Translations under genes and position numbers: made by a program
The notes under the pieces: model-generated
Told to the model about the DNA's origin: nothing
Database searches by the model: none
The model's input: the letters and a program-made list of their open reading frames with translations, nothing else
Part shown: positions 40,452-51,120 of the stretch, piece by piece
Layout: each line of letters opens with the position of its first letter
Position numbering within the stretch: the stretch's first letter is position 1
Assembly (NCBI RefSeq): GCF_006345805.1
Contig: NC_043010.1
Span: 47,306,001-47,370,000, forward strand
Reading direction: 5' to 3'
Length of the DNA stretch: 64,000 bases
From: Octopus sinensis
Taxonomy: Eukaryota

Positions 40452-40812
40452 AATATAAGAGAGTTACCGTTAAGTGGTTAACTCTAGTGCTAAAAATAGC
40501 TCCTTATTCTGGTATAGCCACCGCGTATGCAATCGATTGGACCGCATGGGTACTTGATGCTCGTGAGGGTCCAATAAATTGTACCGAAGACAAATGCTGC
40601 TGATGACTTATATGTGAGTATAATTGCATATTATATTGATAAAGAAACAATTGTTCAGCATTAATCTATCTTTTCGTTGTGTTTCATTTTCCTTACGTTG
40701 AGGGTAATGTTATTTCTTTGTGGAAATAACTTCGGTGGCTATACCAGAATAAGGAGCTATTTTTAGCACTAGAGTTAACCACTTAACGGTAACTCTCTTA
40801 TATTTATGTATA
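40444..40812. mobile_element. Foldback element with perfect 80-bp inverted repeats enclosing a hammerhead motif
   Basis: 40444-40523 is the exact reverse complement of 40733-40812 (tatacataaatataagagagttaccg...tatagccaccg). Confidence 0.85.
40593..40662 (+). ncRNA. Minimal type I hammerhead ribozyme motif
   Basis: Stem I aatgctg/cagcatt (7 bp); CTGATGA 40600-40606; AT-rich stem II; GAAA 40644-40647; palindromic stem III ACAATTGT; GTT triplet 40653-40655. Confidence 0.7.
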
Positions 40813-40926
40813 AATTTGTATTGTTTCCCTGGTTTTTATGTGCTAAGCCACTTGGTGTTAAACTGATGGTATTATTAAATTAATATCTAATTTTTCACCC
40901 TTATTTATGAATTTATATATATATAT

Positions 40927-41179
40927 AGGTGCAGGAGTGACTGTGTGATAAGTAGCTTGCTTACCAACCACATGGTTCCGGGTTCAGTCCCTCTGCGTGG
41001 CATCTTGGGCAAGTGACTTCAACTATAGCCTCGGGCTGACCAAAGCCTTGTGAGTGGATTTGGTCAACGGAAACTGAAAGAAGCCCATCGTGTATATACA
41101 TATATCTTTTAAAAATGCATTTTCAAACCTTCTTTCGTATATAATTCCACTCGTGCGGTACCCTACAACTCCACTTTGT

Positions 41180-41234
<55 letters not shown>

Positions 41235-41445
41235 TTGTGTGTCTGTGTTTGTCCCCCCACCATCGCTTGACAACCAATGTTGGTGTGTTCATGTCCCTGT
41301 AACTTAGCGGTTCAGCAAAAAGAGACCGATAGAATAAGGACCAGGCTTATAAAGAATAAGTCCTGAGGTCGATTTGTTCAACTAAAGGCAGTGCTCCAGC
41401 ATGGCTGCAGTCAAATGACTGAAACAAATAAAAGGATAAAAGAAT
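40927..41445 (+). repeat. CORE-type SINE
   Basis: Same family, with an expanded internal region and (TG)n. Confidence 0.8.
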
Positions 41446-41910
41446 ATATATGTGTGTGTGTATACACACACACATCAGAAAAAAAAAAAGCATGTATAGA
41501 ATTTCTTATCCATAATTGTTTGGACAAAGATTCAAAAATACTTATTATTTTTACTTTTGAATCTGTCTGAAGAATTACAGATAGGGGATACTATGTGTTT
41601 TTTGTTTTTTTTATATACATGTAGATCTTTGTTATTCCTATCTTGTAATGAAACACCTGTAACATAGAATTAATAATACACCAAATTTTTCCAGTCTTCT
41701 GTTTCGATGTGTAATAATTCTGCCAACTGAATGCACCAAAAATGTCAACTACTATGTATATCACATTTAAAACAAAACACCTATATACATATATATTGGA
41801 TGAATGTGAGCATACAGGTGTGCTTCACAAGGACACAGCTTGGATTATAACCACTTACATTTCACTATATAGATAGATACATTCAAATATGTGCCCACAT
41901 ATACATATAT

Positions 41911-41959
<49 letters not shown>

Positions 41960-42078
41960 GATATATTCATATATGTACACACACACATATATATACATAT
42001 ACACATACATACACACACACATATATATATATATACACATACATACACACACACATATATATATATATACACATACAT

Positions 42079-42113
<35 letters not shown>

Positions 42114-42186
42114 CACATACATACACATGTATATATATCTTTTATCTTTTACTTGTTTCTGTCATTTGACTGTGGCCATGCTGGAG

Positions 42187-42228
<42 letters not shown>

Positions 42229-43300
42229 GATATATATATATATGGAAACGAGTGTGTGCGTGTGTGTAATTATATACACATATGCGTATATATGTAACAT
42301 GCAGAGAAAGTGTTAAAAAGGTGTATTGGCAGAAAAGATAAGGGCTCGTCTGAAAAAAAGGGTTTTGCCAGATTAGATCAAAATGCTATGCTATAGAAAT
42401 TGTGTAAGTGGAAAAAAAAAACAAGATCTATGCTTGTCATATAATAAATAGGAAAGGGAAAAATACGATACCTAGTTAAGTCGGATTTTCTATGGAGCAA
42501 GCTAATTTAATTATAGAAGACAGCTTGTTGGCGAAGATGTTTGTAAACTAATTTATGAAAACCAGAAGACCCTTGCGCGAAGGTTTGTAACACAGGAAAT
42601 AACACAGAAAAAGGTCGTCTATATTTTGTAGGAAAACAAAACTTTTATTGAGAAACGAAACTGCAGAAGCCTGGCCATGCTGTCGTATATAAGCATGATA
42701 CCACTGAGAACTATTCCTCAATTTTCTGAACCCTAAACCACCCGAACACTACTTTTCCTGAAATCGATATGCAACTACATCTAAATAACAGACATTATTA
42801 ATTTGGAGGGGAAACGGCTTCGTAACTAGGGAATTTTATATTTATATATGTATAGCTGTTTACGTGTGTGCGTGTGTATGTACAACAGAGAAGGCTAACT
42901 GAATTGAATGTCACCACACAATTTCGAAGTTGATAAGAAGGATGACCCTTTCACCTAAAGTTATCATGTTAGTTGTTTACAACCGAAATAACAGCAAAGA
43001 CATGGATGGATTGACAAATGAGAAACGAGAGGGGTGTCTCCCTTCTTAATGAAGGTGCTACTTGTTATATTTTACATAGGCATTAATTAATGTAAAAAGC
43101 GACAATTAAGATGTAAAAGTTTAAAAGAAGTTGGCATTTAAACAGGAAATTATCCATGAGAAATAAATGAAATTGAATAGTTGTCTGAAATTATTATTAC
43201 TCGAGGAGTGATTTGTCAGAAAAGGACAAAAAGGAATTGTTTTCGAGTGGGAAGTAAAGTTTGACTTGGGTTTCAAATGCTATGACGTGAAGAAGTTTAC

Positions 43301-43482
43301 CTGAGAGTGGTGGCCAGTGGACCGTCGGCAGATTCGATTTCCGTAATAAGGTGATCGTGATGGGCTTTGATGGCTTCTTCTCGAACCAAGTCAGCATCTT
43401 TGACAGTCGTCTCACCCATTTTTTCCCATTGTTTGTATTGAAATGTTTTGGGGGGAGGTACTCCACGATCGGCAGTCGCCAT
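43301..43482 (-). CDS. First coding exon of an unidentified gene
   Basis: ATG in good context (agtATGg). It encodes MATADRGVPPPKTFQYKQWEKMGETTVKDADLVREEAIKAHHDHLITEIESADGPLATTL(R) and ends at ctcAG|GTAAAC (phase 2). A GA-rich leader precedes it, within a CpG-retaining region. Family not recognised. Confidence 0.7.
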
Positions 43483-43801
43483 ACTGGCTTCAACTCTCTC
43501 TCTATTCCCCCCTCTAGCTTTATATCTCTCTCTCCTTCACTCTCAACTTCCCCCCTGTATTTTTGTATCGCTCTCCCTCCCTCACTCTTGACTGCCCCCG
43601 TCTATCTTTGTATCTCTCTCTCCTCGCTCTCAACTTCCCCCTCCTACTCTGTCATTGTATTTCTCTCTCTTTCTCTCTCATTTAAGCTTTCTATTTCTCT
43701 TCTGTTATGCTTTTGCTGCTAAGAACACATAATACACGTCTGCGCAATACTGACATCCGTCAACTAATCCCTTGTCAAAATTCAGTTTCACCTTTCTCGA
43801 C

Positions 43802-43809
43802 CCGGAAGT
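43802..43809. promoter_or_regulatory. ETS-type motif CCGGAAGT in the putative promoter of the 43.5-kb gene
   Basis: Exact CCGGAAGT about 320 bp upstream of the ATG, in CpG-retaining sequence. ETS motifs are common in animal core promoters. Confidence 0.4.
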
Positions 43810-44375
43810 ACTTGTAACACGGCATCAATAACATATGTTACATTTGGATGCCCTCCACTACTTCTCTGTTTATTCTCCCGCCTCCTTAAATATATGTATA
43901 TATCATGGAAAAGCACTTTTTAGCTTTTACATTGCCCATGATATTTGACTTTTTGGCATGAGTTATGTTTTCTTTAATTCCGCTTCCTCGTCCGCGGTTG
44001 TTAAACAAAATTGTCAAAATACTGTATGAGAAGGGTAAAGGAAACGAGGATCATGTTACTCTTGTTAGTTATATATTTTAATTAGCTTTCGAAATATTGA
44101 AATCAGTACTGTTATAAAAGGCATGGGTGATCTCAAAACCAGGAGAAGATAGTGAAAGGTAATGATATTATCACGGTAGATCGAGTTTCTCTGAGGACAG
44201 ATCTGTGGATACCGTTATTGCCCCCCCCCCTTTTTTTTAAGAAAGCATATAACGTTAGGAAATATAATATAATTCGGAAAGTGACGTGCCAATGCTTTCT
44301 GGAATTTAATTCGCAATGGGGCCAATTATTTTCAGACTTTCTTGATCTGTTAACTGGTGTTCACACAAGGATGTA

Positions 44376-44446
<71 letters not shown>

Positions 44447-44452
<6 letters not shown>

Positions 44453-44601
44453 GCAGTTAAGTCCTTGTCCGGTCATAGAGTGACCAATGATTTCGCATCC
44501 ATAAAGGGCCTAGCTCCATAGACAGGGCTAGCCTCTAAGCCCTTTATAGATGCGAAACCTTTGGTCACTCTATGACCGGACACAGACTTAACTGCATATA
44601 A
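44447..44601. repeat. Palindrome of about 63-bp arms, each carrying the 3' half of the 44.9-kb hammerhead
   Basis: The arms tatatgcagttaagtc..tgtccggtcatagagtgacc..tttcgcatc.ataaagggc are inverted copies. The right arm contains gcGAAACctttgGTCactctatgaccgg, similar to 44983-45010. Confidence 0.75.
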
Positions 44602-44759
44602 ATACATTACTGCTTTAGAGTGTGCTTCTTTTTTGGGAACATGATACACTGAAGAATTGTAATCTTTTCGTTCTTGGTACGGGGGATTAAAATTTTTGCT
44701 CATTACCCCGACTTCAATTAATGTGTATCAGTGAGAATTTGTTGTTGTAGTTGTCTTCT

Positions 44760-44893
44760 GGCTGCTATTTTTAGCGTACCGGTGCTACCTGTACTACCTT
44801 GCAACAGGACCTCCGTAATGCCATGATGGACCGTGAAGTCTGGCGTAGCATGGTAAATTCCATTGTCCCGACCACGGTCGAACAATGATGATG
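44760..44893 (+). mobile_element. Short RTE LINE 3' end
   Basis: QQDLRNAMMDREVWRSMVNSI..-stop, then an (ATG)n tail; lies just upstream of the hammerhead. Confidence 0.65.
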
Positions 44894-44923
44894 AATGACT
44901 ACCTTTAATTATTAATAATCTTA

Positions 44924-45015
44924 TATGCCGATGACCAGTTGAGTCTGACGAGTCACCTATACGGCTAAGCGCTTTATAGGTGCGAAACCTAATGGTCACT
45001 CTCTGACCGGCCATA
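44924..45015 (+). ncRNA. Canonical type I hammerhead ribozyme
   Basis: Stem I gagt/actc, extended by cag/ctg and tatgccg/cggccata. Core CTGACGA 44945-44951; stem II g-cacctata/tataggtg-c; GAAA 44984-44987; stem III ACC/GGT with TAAT loop; GTC cleavage triplet 44995-44997. Confidence 0.85.
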
Positions 45016-47496
45016 ACAATCAACTTTCCCAGTATATATGTATCTGAAAATACTTGGAAAGACTGTTTTTAAAATTATGTGCTGGAGAAACAAACATTTG
45101 TTCGACCGAATTGGCATCAATGACACGAAAATGATACTTGAAATCATTTTATGTAACCATACATATCTAACTGATATAATTTAAACTTAATATATAAGGA
45201 ACGTATTCAACTGAATAAATAAACATTTCTTTTAATACGTTTTTTTTTTTATTAATAATCGGTAGAAGTTACAGGGACTCAAGTACCGAGAATTTCATGC
45301 ATTGAAAATTCTGCTGATTATTGATAAAAAAAAATCCTATAAATACTCATGTTTCAAGTTCTGTTTTCCTGTTGGCATCACCAAACCCATCTGTATTAAT
45401 TTCTTTTTCATCTTTAGTAGTAGTAATTTAATTTTCTCCATTTCTAAATTTACCTCCCCCTACTTATGGGACAAGACCCTGAAATATTTGTTTTATTAGG
45501 TTTTATTACTTTTTTCATTTAATTTTTTTCTTTTTCTCAAAGTTAATAAATCGTGAAGAATGTTTACTTTTTATTTTTGGTGAGTGATAATCTTATTATC
45601 ACCACCATCTAACATTTGGGTACCGTCAGCGGAGCCCACCCCGTTGCAAGTTTTCACTTTCAGGTCTGAGGATCTCCTTCCGAACTGAAAAATCACCATG
45701 GGCTTTGCCCTCCCTCTGCCTCAGAGTCGAAAGAAAAATAATTAAAAAGATACTGTTATGATAAACCCTCCACGTTGTGGTTCGACCTGCTAGAAACAGC
45801 AACCAAATCTCATCACAACCTACTATTTTAGAAAAAAAAGCAGGATGGATACATTGGATAATGTAATTTAAAAAAACCTGATTTGTTACGACTGGAACAA
45901 ACCAGGTTCTTTATCGTAAGCCAGCGCAATCGTGATTAACCTGATTCTAAACAAAGTGTTTCATGACATTTGACAACTTGACTAACAATAGAACTGGTGC
46001 TTATGTACAAATGTCTACACACAAGGCCAAGTAATGTATATACGTAAATGTAGTTCAATGAATGAAACTAATACGAAAACATCTGAAATTTTTATGGAAA
46101 AAGAAGCGGTTTAAAAGAAAAGCTTACAAACTTAATTAGGCTTCGGTTTTCATACGAACACAAACTGGTGAATTCTGAGAACGACTAAAATGATGGATGC
46201 AAAGTTCTGAATTAAAAATCTTCCACTAAACTTTAGTCAGAATTTATGTTCCTAACACTAGCTTAATGATAACTAAGTTATTTTGCTAAATTCTTTGTTA
46301 TATTTAAAATTAACTGAAAGAAACACAGCATCTCAACAGAAATATTGTAACAAAAGAGTTAAGGGAAACAGGATAAAGCTAAGAAGAAATTAAGAATTAA
46401 AATCAAATCGTACATTGACAAATTTTGATTTAAATGACCATCTAGTCATGAATGTATGTATATACTTTAAAAGTTCCATTTTTAATCCATCGAAAGCTTT
46501 TGCCGATCCCGTATAAATTTAACTCGTCAAATTGGTTACGATGTCTTCTCGTGTGTCAAATTTAGTTTTGTGCGCACAAACATCGCCGAAGGATAAAGTA
46601 AGGAAGGTTAATAGAAATACGTCTACATCAACAAGTGCTCAAACACCCAATACAATCGATGTTATTTTGCGTCATCTGCAGTTATTTTGTCTTGAAACCA
46701 CCGATGAGTCACCATCTTCTAACTCGGTTTTCAAATGACACTGCTTGACATGAAATACAGCCTAGCCGGTTTATCTAGTAAAAATAAACACCCACAATAT
46801 ATAAATTTGACTAACAATAACGAGAATTTTAACCCTAACATTTATAAGAACCAGTTTAGGATATTTAGGATTAAACTAAGGATGTTTCTGAATATAATGC
46901 GGTCAAACTGTGATACCAAGGGATAAAATAGTGGGGGAGAAAAATGATTGTTATTTAGACTCAGATCAAACCGAATTCAACCTAGCTAATATCAGAGAAG
47001 TTCCAGTCGTGGCTATCACGTCTTATTTTCAGACATGGTGTATCTATGACTACATTATCCAAAGTATTCTTTTTTCAAGCTGAAAGATCTGAGTTTAGTA
47101 AGATTTTGCTGCTATTTCTGATAGATAGTGCGACCACTTTGAGTAGTGGTTCTCAACCAGTTATGGCCTGTGGATCCCTTTGATTCATATTTTACTTGGG
47201 TGAACCCTCATAGCCATTCGATGTACATAAAAAAAATTCTATTGTATTTTCATAATTAAATACTATTAGGAACTGCATAAAAATTGTTAGAATACTTTGT
47301 ATATTGTAAAAGTATAACCAATTTAGTGCAGATAAATTTTAACAAAATCTTATATGAACCCCAGCTGAAATTGTTAGTTGAGAATCAAGCGGAAAAGGGT
47401 GAGACAAAAAAGGTACAGTGTATGTGTGTATGTGTGTGCGCGCGTGCACACATACACACACGCCGATATACAAAAGTCAATAGGCACCCTCTCTAT

Positions 47497-47757
47497 GACG
47501 GCGAGCTGGCAGAAACGTTAGCACGCCGCACGAAATGCGTAGACGTGTTTCGTCTGCCGTTACGTTCTGAGTTCAAATTCCGTCGAGGTCGACTTTTCCT
47601 TTCATCCTTTCGGGGGTCGATAAATTAAGTACCAGTTACGCACTGGAGTCGATGTAATCGACTTAATTCTTTTATAAGGCGGCAAGCCGACAGAAACGTT
47701 AGCGCGCCAGGTGAGATGCTTAGCGGTATTTCGTCTGCCGTTACGTTCTGAGTTATA
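47497..47757 (+). repeat. Meta-domain SINE (one full copy plus a partial second head)
   Basis: ggcgagctggcagaaacgttagcacgcc...gaggtcgacttttcctttcatcctttcgggggtcgataaattaagtaccag resembles the MetaSINE domain. CpGs are intact. Confidence 0.75.
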
Positions 47758-49088
47758 AACAAGCGACTGAAAATACCATGTTTAATATTAACGGTGAAAC
47801 TATTTTCGTTCACCTTCACATTCCTTCTAGGGGAAAAAATTGTAATAAAAGAATTTTACCCACTGAATGTCGTTACAGGAAAGCTTCAAGATAATTAAAC
47901 GTTTTTATTGTTAGAAATATCGCATAAGCAACTCTAACCATCTATGACACTACAATGCTAATTGCAATAAATGAAAATTAACCGCGAATTATTATCGATC
48001 TAGTTGTAATTGTATTAGAAATTGTTGTTTAGCCAAGGTCAAGTCTGATCGCTCAGACATGTGACCAAAATATTCCAGCCATAGCCTTTCTGTCTTTTTA
48101 GCTGGGCGGAGTACTACCTTATTTAATATCGCCTTTCCTTTACTATACAATTAATGTCAAGTTTTAATTGTTGCAAATGTATTAAGTTGTACTGGTCGAG
48201 AAATTCTCAAGAGATTGCGGTATTTGCAGATACAGACCACTTCCAGTGTAACAGTTGAAATAATGAACAACATTTTAAATGCATTAAGACAGAATGTGCT
48301 TGAAGTCTTTGCAAAACTAAAAGAATTTTTTTTAATTACGACAAAGTTACAAAATTTTAATTTTGAAGATACTTTGAGTGACCTCCCTTTAATATTTCAT
48401 CGCTATAGTTCTTTCATTCAAGATTCTCATCCATACCAGTAAAACCGCATTATACCTGCACTTTTAAGTCTGGACTGAAATCAATCTATCAATCAATAAT
48501 TTCTCATTATGTATCAATCAGATAAATAATGAAAGCAACTAGGATAGAATCAATTGTTTGAAAATATATAACCAGAGATACATTTATGAATAAGAGATTA
48601 ACCCTATTGACTTTGGGGAAGGACAAATTTAAGGTTGACAATAATGCCTGTTTCAGAGGTGTCAAAAATCTAAATGAAGTGAAATAGATATAACGATGAA
48701 GCAAGAATTGTTGACTTATTCAGCTTCAAAGGTTGCTGCCAATGTTTAGTCTTGCAAAATTGAGATGATGTATATCATCATCATTGATATTTTAAAGGTC
48801 ACTTTTTCATGCTTGCATGGATTGTACAGAATTTATTGAGGTAGATTTTCTATGGTCGGATGCCTTTCCTAGTACCAACCCTCATGTATTTCCGAGCAAG
48901 ATAATGTTTCTCCATGGTCAAACATTTTTTTCACGAAACAGTGGAAATGAATGGCACTGCTTACACTCATTTACAACTGTCATGTGATGTCAAGACAAGG
49001 ATATACAAACATATACACAGTCTCACACACACACATTATATATATATATATTACCACACAGCCACTCCTACGCCCATATATATATATA

Positions 49089-49472
49089 TAGGCGTAGGTG
49101 TGGCTATGTGGTAAGTAGCTTGCTTACGAACCACATGGTTCTGGGTTCAGTCCCTCTGCGTGGCACCTTGGGCAAGTGTCTTCTACTATAGCCTCGGGCC
49201 AACCAAAGCCTTGTGAGTGGATTTGGTAGACAGAAGCCTGTTGTATATATGTATGTGCGTGTTTGTGTGTCTGTGTTTGTCCCACCAACATCACTTAACA
49301 ACCGATGCTGGTGTGTTTATGTCCCAGTAACTTAGCGGTTCGGCAAAAGAGACCAATAGAATAAGTACTAGGCTTACAATGAATAAGTCCTGGAGTCGAT
49401 TTGCTTGACTAAAGGCGGTGCTCCAGCATGGCCACAGTCACATGACTGAAACAAGTAAAAGGGTAAAAGAGA
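49089..49472 (+). repeat. CORE-type SINE
   Basis: Same family. Further copies or fragments lie at about 2190-2375, 15850-16030, 18118-18330, 29480-29660, 50140-50510, 56030-56200, 59562-59885 and 62495-62720. Confidence 0.8.
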
Positions 49473-49849
49473 GAGCATATACACAGAGACATACATAAAT
49501 ATATTTATAAATGACAGGTTTCTTTCAGTTTCTGTCTACCAGATCCATTCACAAGTCTGTTTGGTGTAGTATTATAGCAGAACTTGTTCAACATGCCATA
49601 GAGTAAGGCTGAACTTGAAACCACGTGGTTGGGAAGCTAACTTCTTAACTATACAGTCATTCCTGTGTACACACACACATACACACAATTATCTCATGAT
49701 TTTTCATGAGTCAGACCTCATCTAGACTTGCTACAAATCACCCTTTAAAAATAGAAAAAAGATCTTGTAACAAACCACACAGCTAATCAAATCTAAGTAA
49801 TTTTCAGAAAAAATTTAATAAATGACTGATTTAATACTTATGGTTTGAA

Positions 49850-51120
49850 TTTTTTTTTTTTTTTTTTGTTATCTCAGAATACACAAAGGATTTAATGTAG
49901 CCTCAGAAGAAAAAATGCATGGGAGTTAAATCTGGTGACTGTGGCGCCCATTCAATTGGCACACAATGCCTGAGACATCTGGGAAAATGTTCATTCTGAA
50001 AATCACGAACAAGTGAATGTATGTGAGGCATCATCTTGTTGCTAAACATGACCAGATATGAATCACCTGTCAAAGAGCTCTCAAAATAAAAGTGGTCCAA
50101 TTATTTGATTGTGCCCAATTTTTTTAAAGCATATATAAACAAGCAGGATGGCTGTGTGGTATGTAGCCTGCTTACCAACCACACGGTTCCGGGTTCAGTC
50201 CCACTGCGTGGCATCTTGGGCAAGTGTCTTCTGCTATAGCCCCGGGCCGACCAATGCCTTGTGAGTGGATTTGGTAGACAGAAACTGAAAGAAGCCTGTC
50301 GTGTGTGTGTTTGTGTGTCTGTGTTTGTCCCCCCAACATCGCTTGACAACCGATGCTGGTAGGTTTACGTCCCCGTAACTTAGCAGTTCGGCAAAAGAGA
50401 CCGATAGAATAAGTACTGGGCTTACAAAGAATAAGACCTGGGGTCGATTTGCTCGACTAAAGGTGGTGCTCCAGCATGGCCGCAGTCAAATGACTGAAAC
50501 AAGTAAAAGAAGAAAGAAAGAAAAAGAAGTAGAAACACCACCCACTGGGCAGTTTTTAGTAAGTTTTTATGAAGGGAGGGCCTCATATTGTGTGTGTGTG
50601 TGTATTACTGAGACTGAACATCACAGTTCTCAAGTTGTATTTATCTTATCTTTCTTCACAGGTGTTATCCATTATTTGTAAGACATATATGTAAACATAT
50701 GAATATATGTTTTCTTTTACTTATTAAAGCTGGAGACGTCCATGTTGATGCACTGCTTTGTGTGTGTGTCTATATACAGGGTGGCCATAAAGTCATGCAC
50801 CATCCTGCAATATGTAAAATTGCAAAATTCCCTTTTTTTTTTTAATCTCTTTTCATAACTGCCGATATTACACACAAACCAATCCTCATTGGATGGAGGC
50901 AGATAATCAACAAGGTAGGGGCAAGGTAATGGTGTAGTGTGGGATTTGGCACAATCAAATAATTGGACCACTTTTGAGGACTCTGTGACAGGTGATTCAT
51001 ATCTGGATATGCTTAGTAACAAGATGATGCCTCACATACATTCACTTGTTCGTCATTTTCAGAATTAAAATTTTCCCAGAAGATGTCTCAGGCATCGTTG
51101 TTTAAAAAAATGTCCGTTTC
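49850..51120. mobile_element. Two oppositely oriented fragments of a Tc1/mariner (maT/DD37D-like) transposase, interrupted by a SINE
   Basis: The - strand has HFYFESSLTGDSYLVMFSN...WAPQSPDLTPMHFF (49903-50100). The + strand has VWCGIWHNQIIGP..SVTGDSYLDMLSN (50930-51090). A TIR-like ta|cagggtggccataaag lies near 50776. Confidence 0.7.

Noticed and set aside
41845-42269. Many ORFs rich in YI/VC/HT dipeptides (also 2651-2884, 19217-19624, 32396-32980, 54750-55012)
   Set aside because: These are translations of (TA)n/(CA)n microsatellites.
10942-43482. Resemblance of LITEIESADGPLATTLR and RAVEVF to the ACT domain of aromatic amino acid hydroxylases (PAH/TH)
   Set aside because: There is an in-frame stop right after RAVEVFTQ, and no catalytic-domain exons were found downstream. 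The match is too short to assign a gene.
44642-44730. gataca-CTGAAGA...tgtatc with an internal cgggg/ccccg hairpin next to the real HHR
   Set aside because: It lacks GAAA-stem III-NUH, so it is only an imperfect hairpin.
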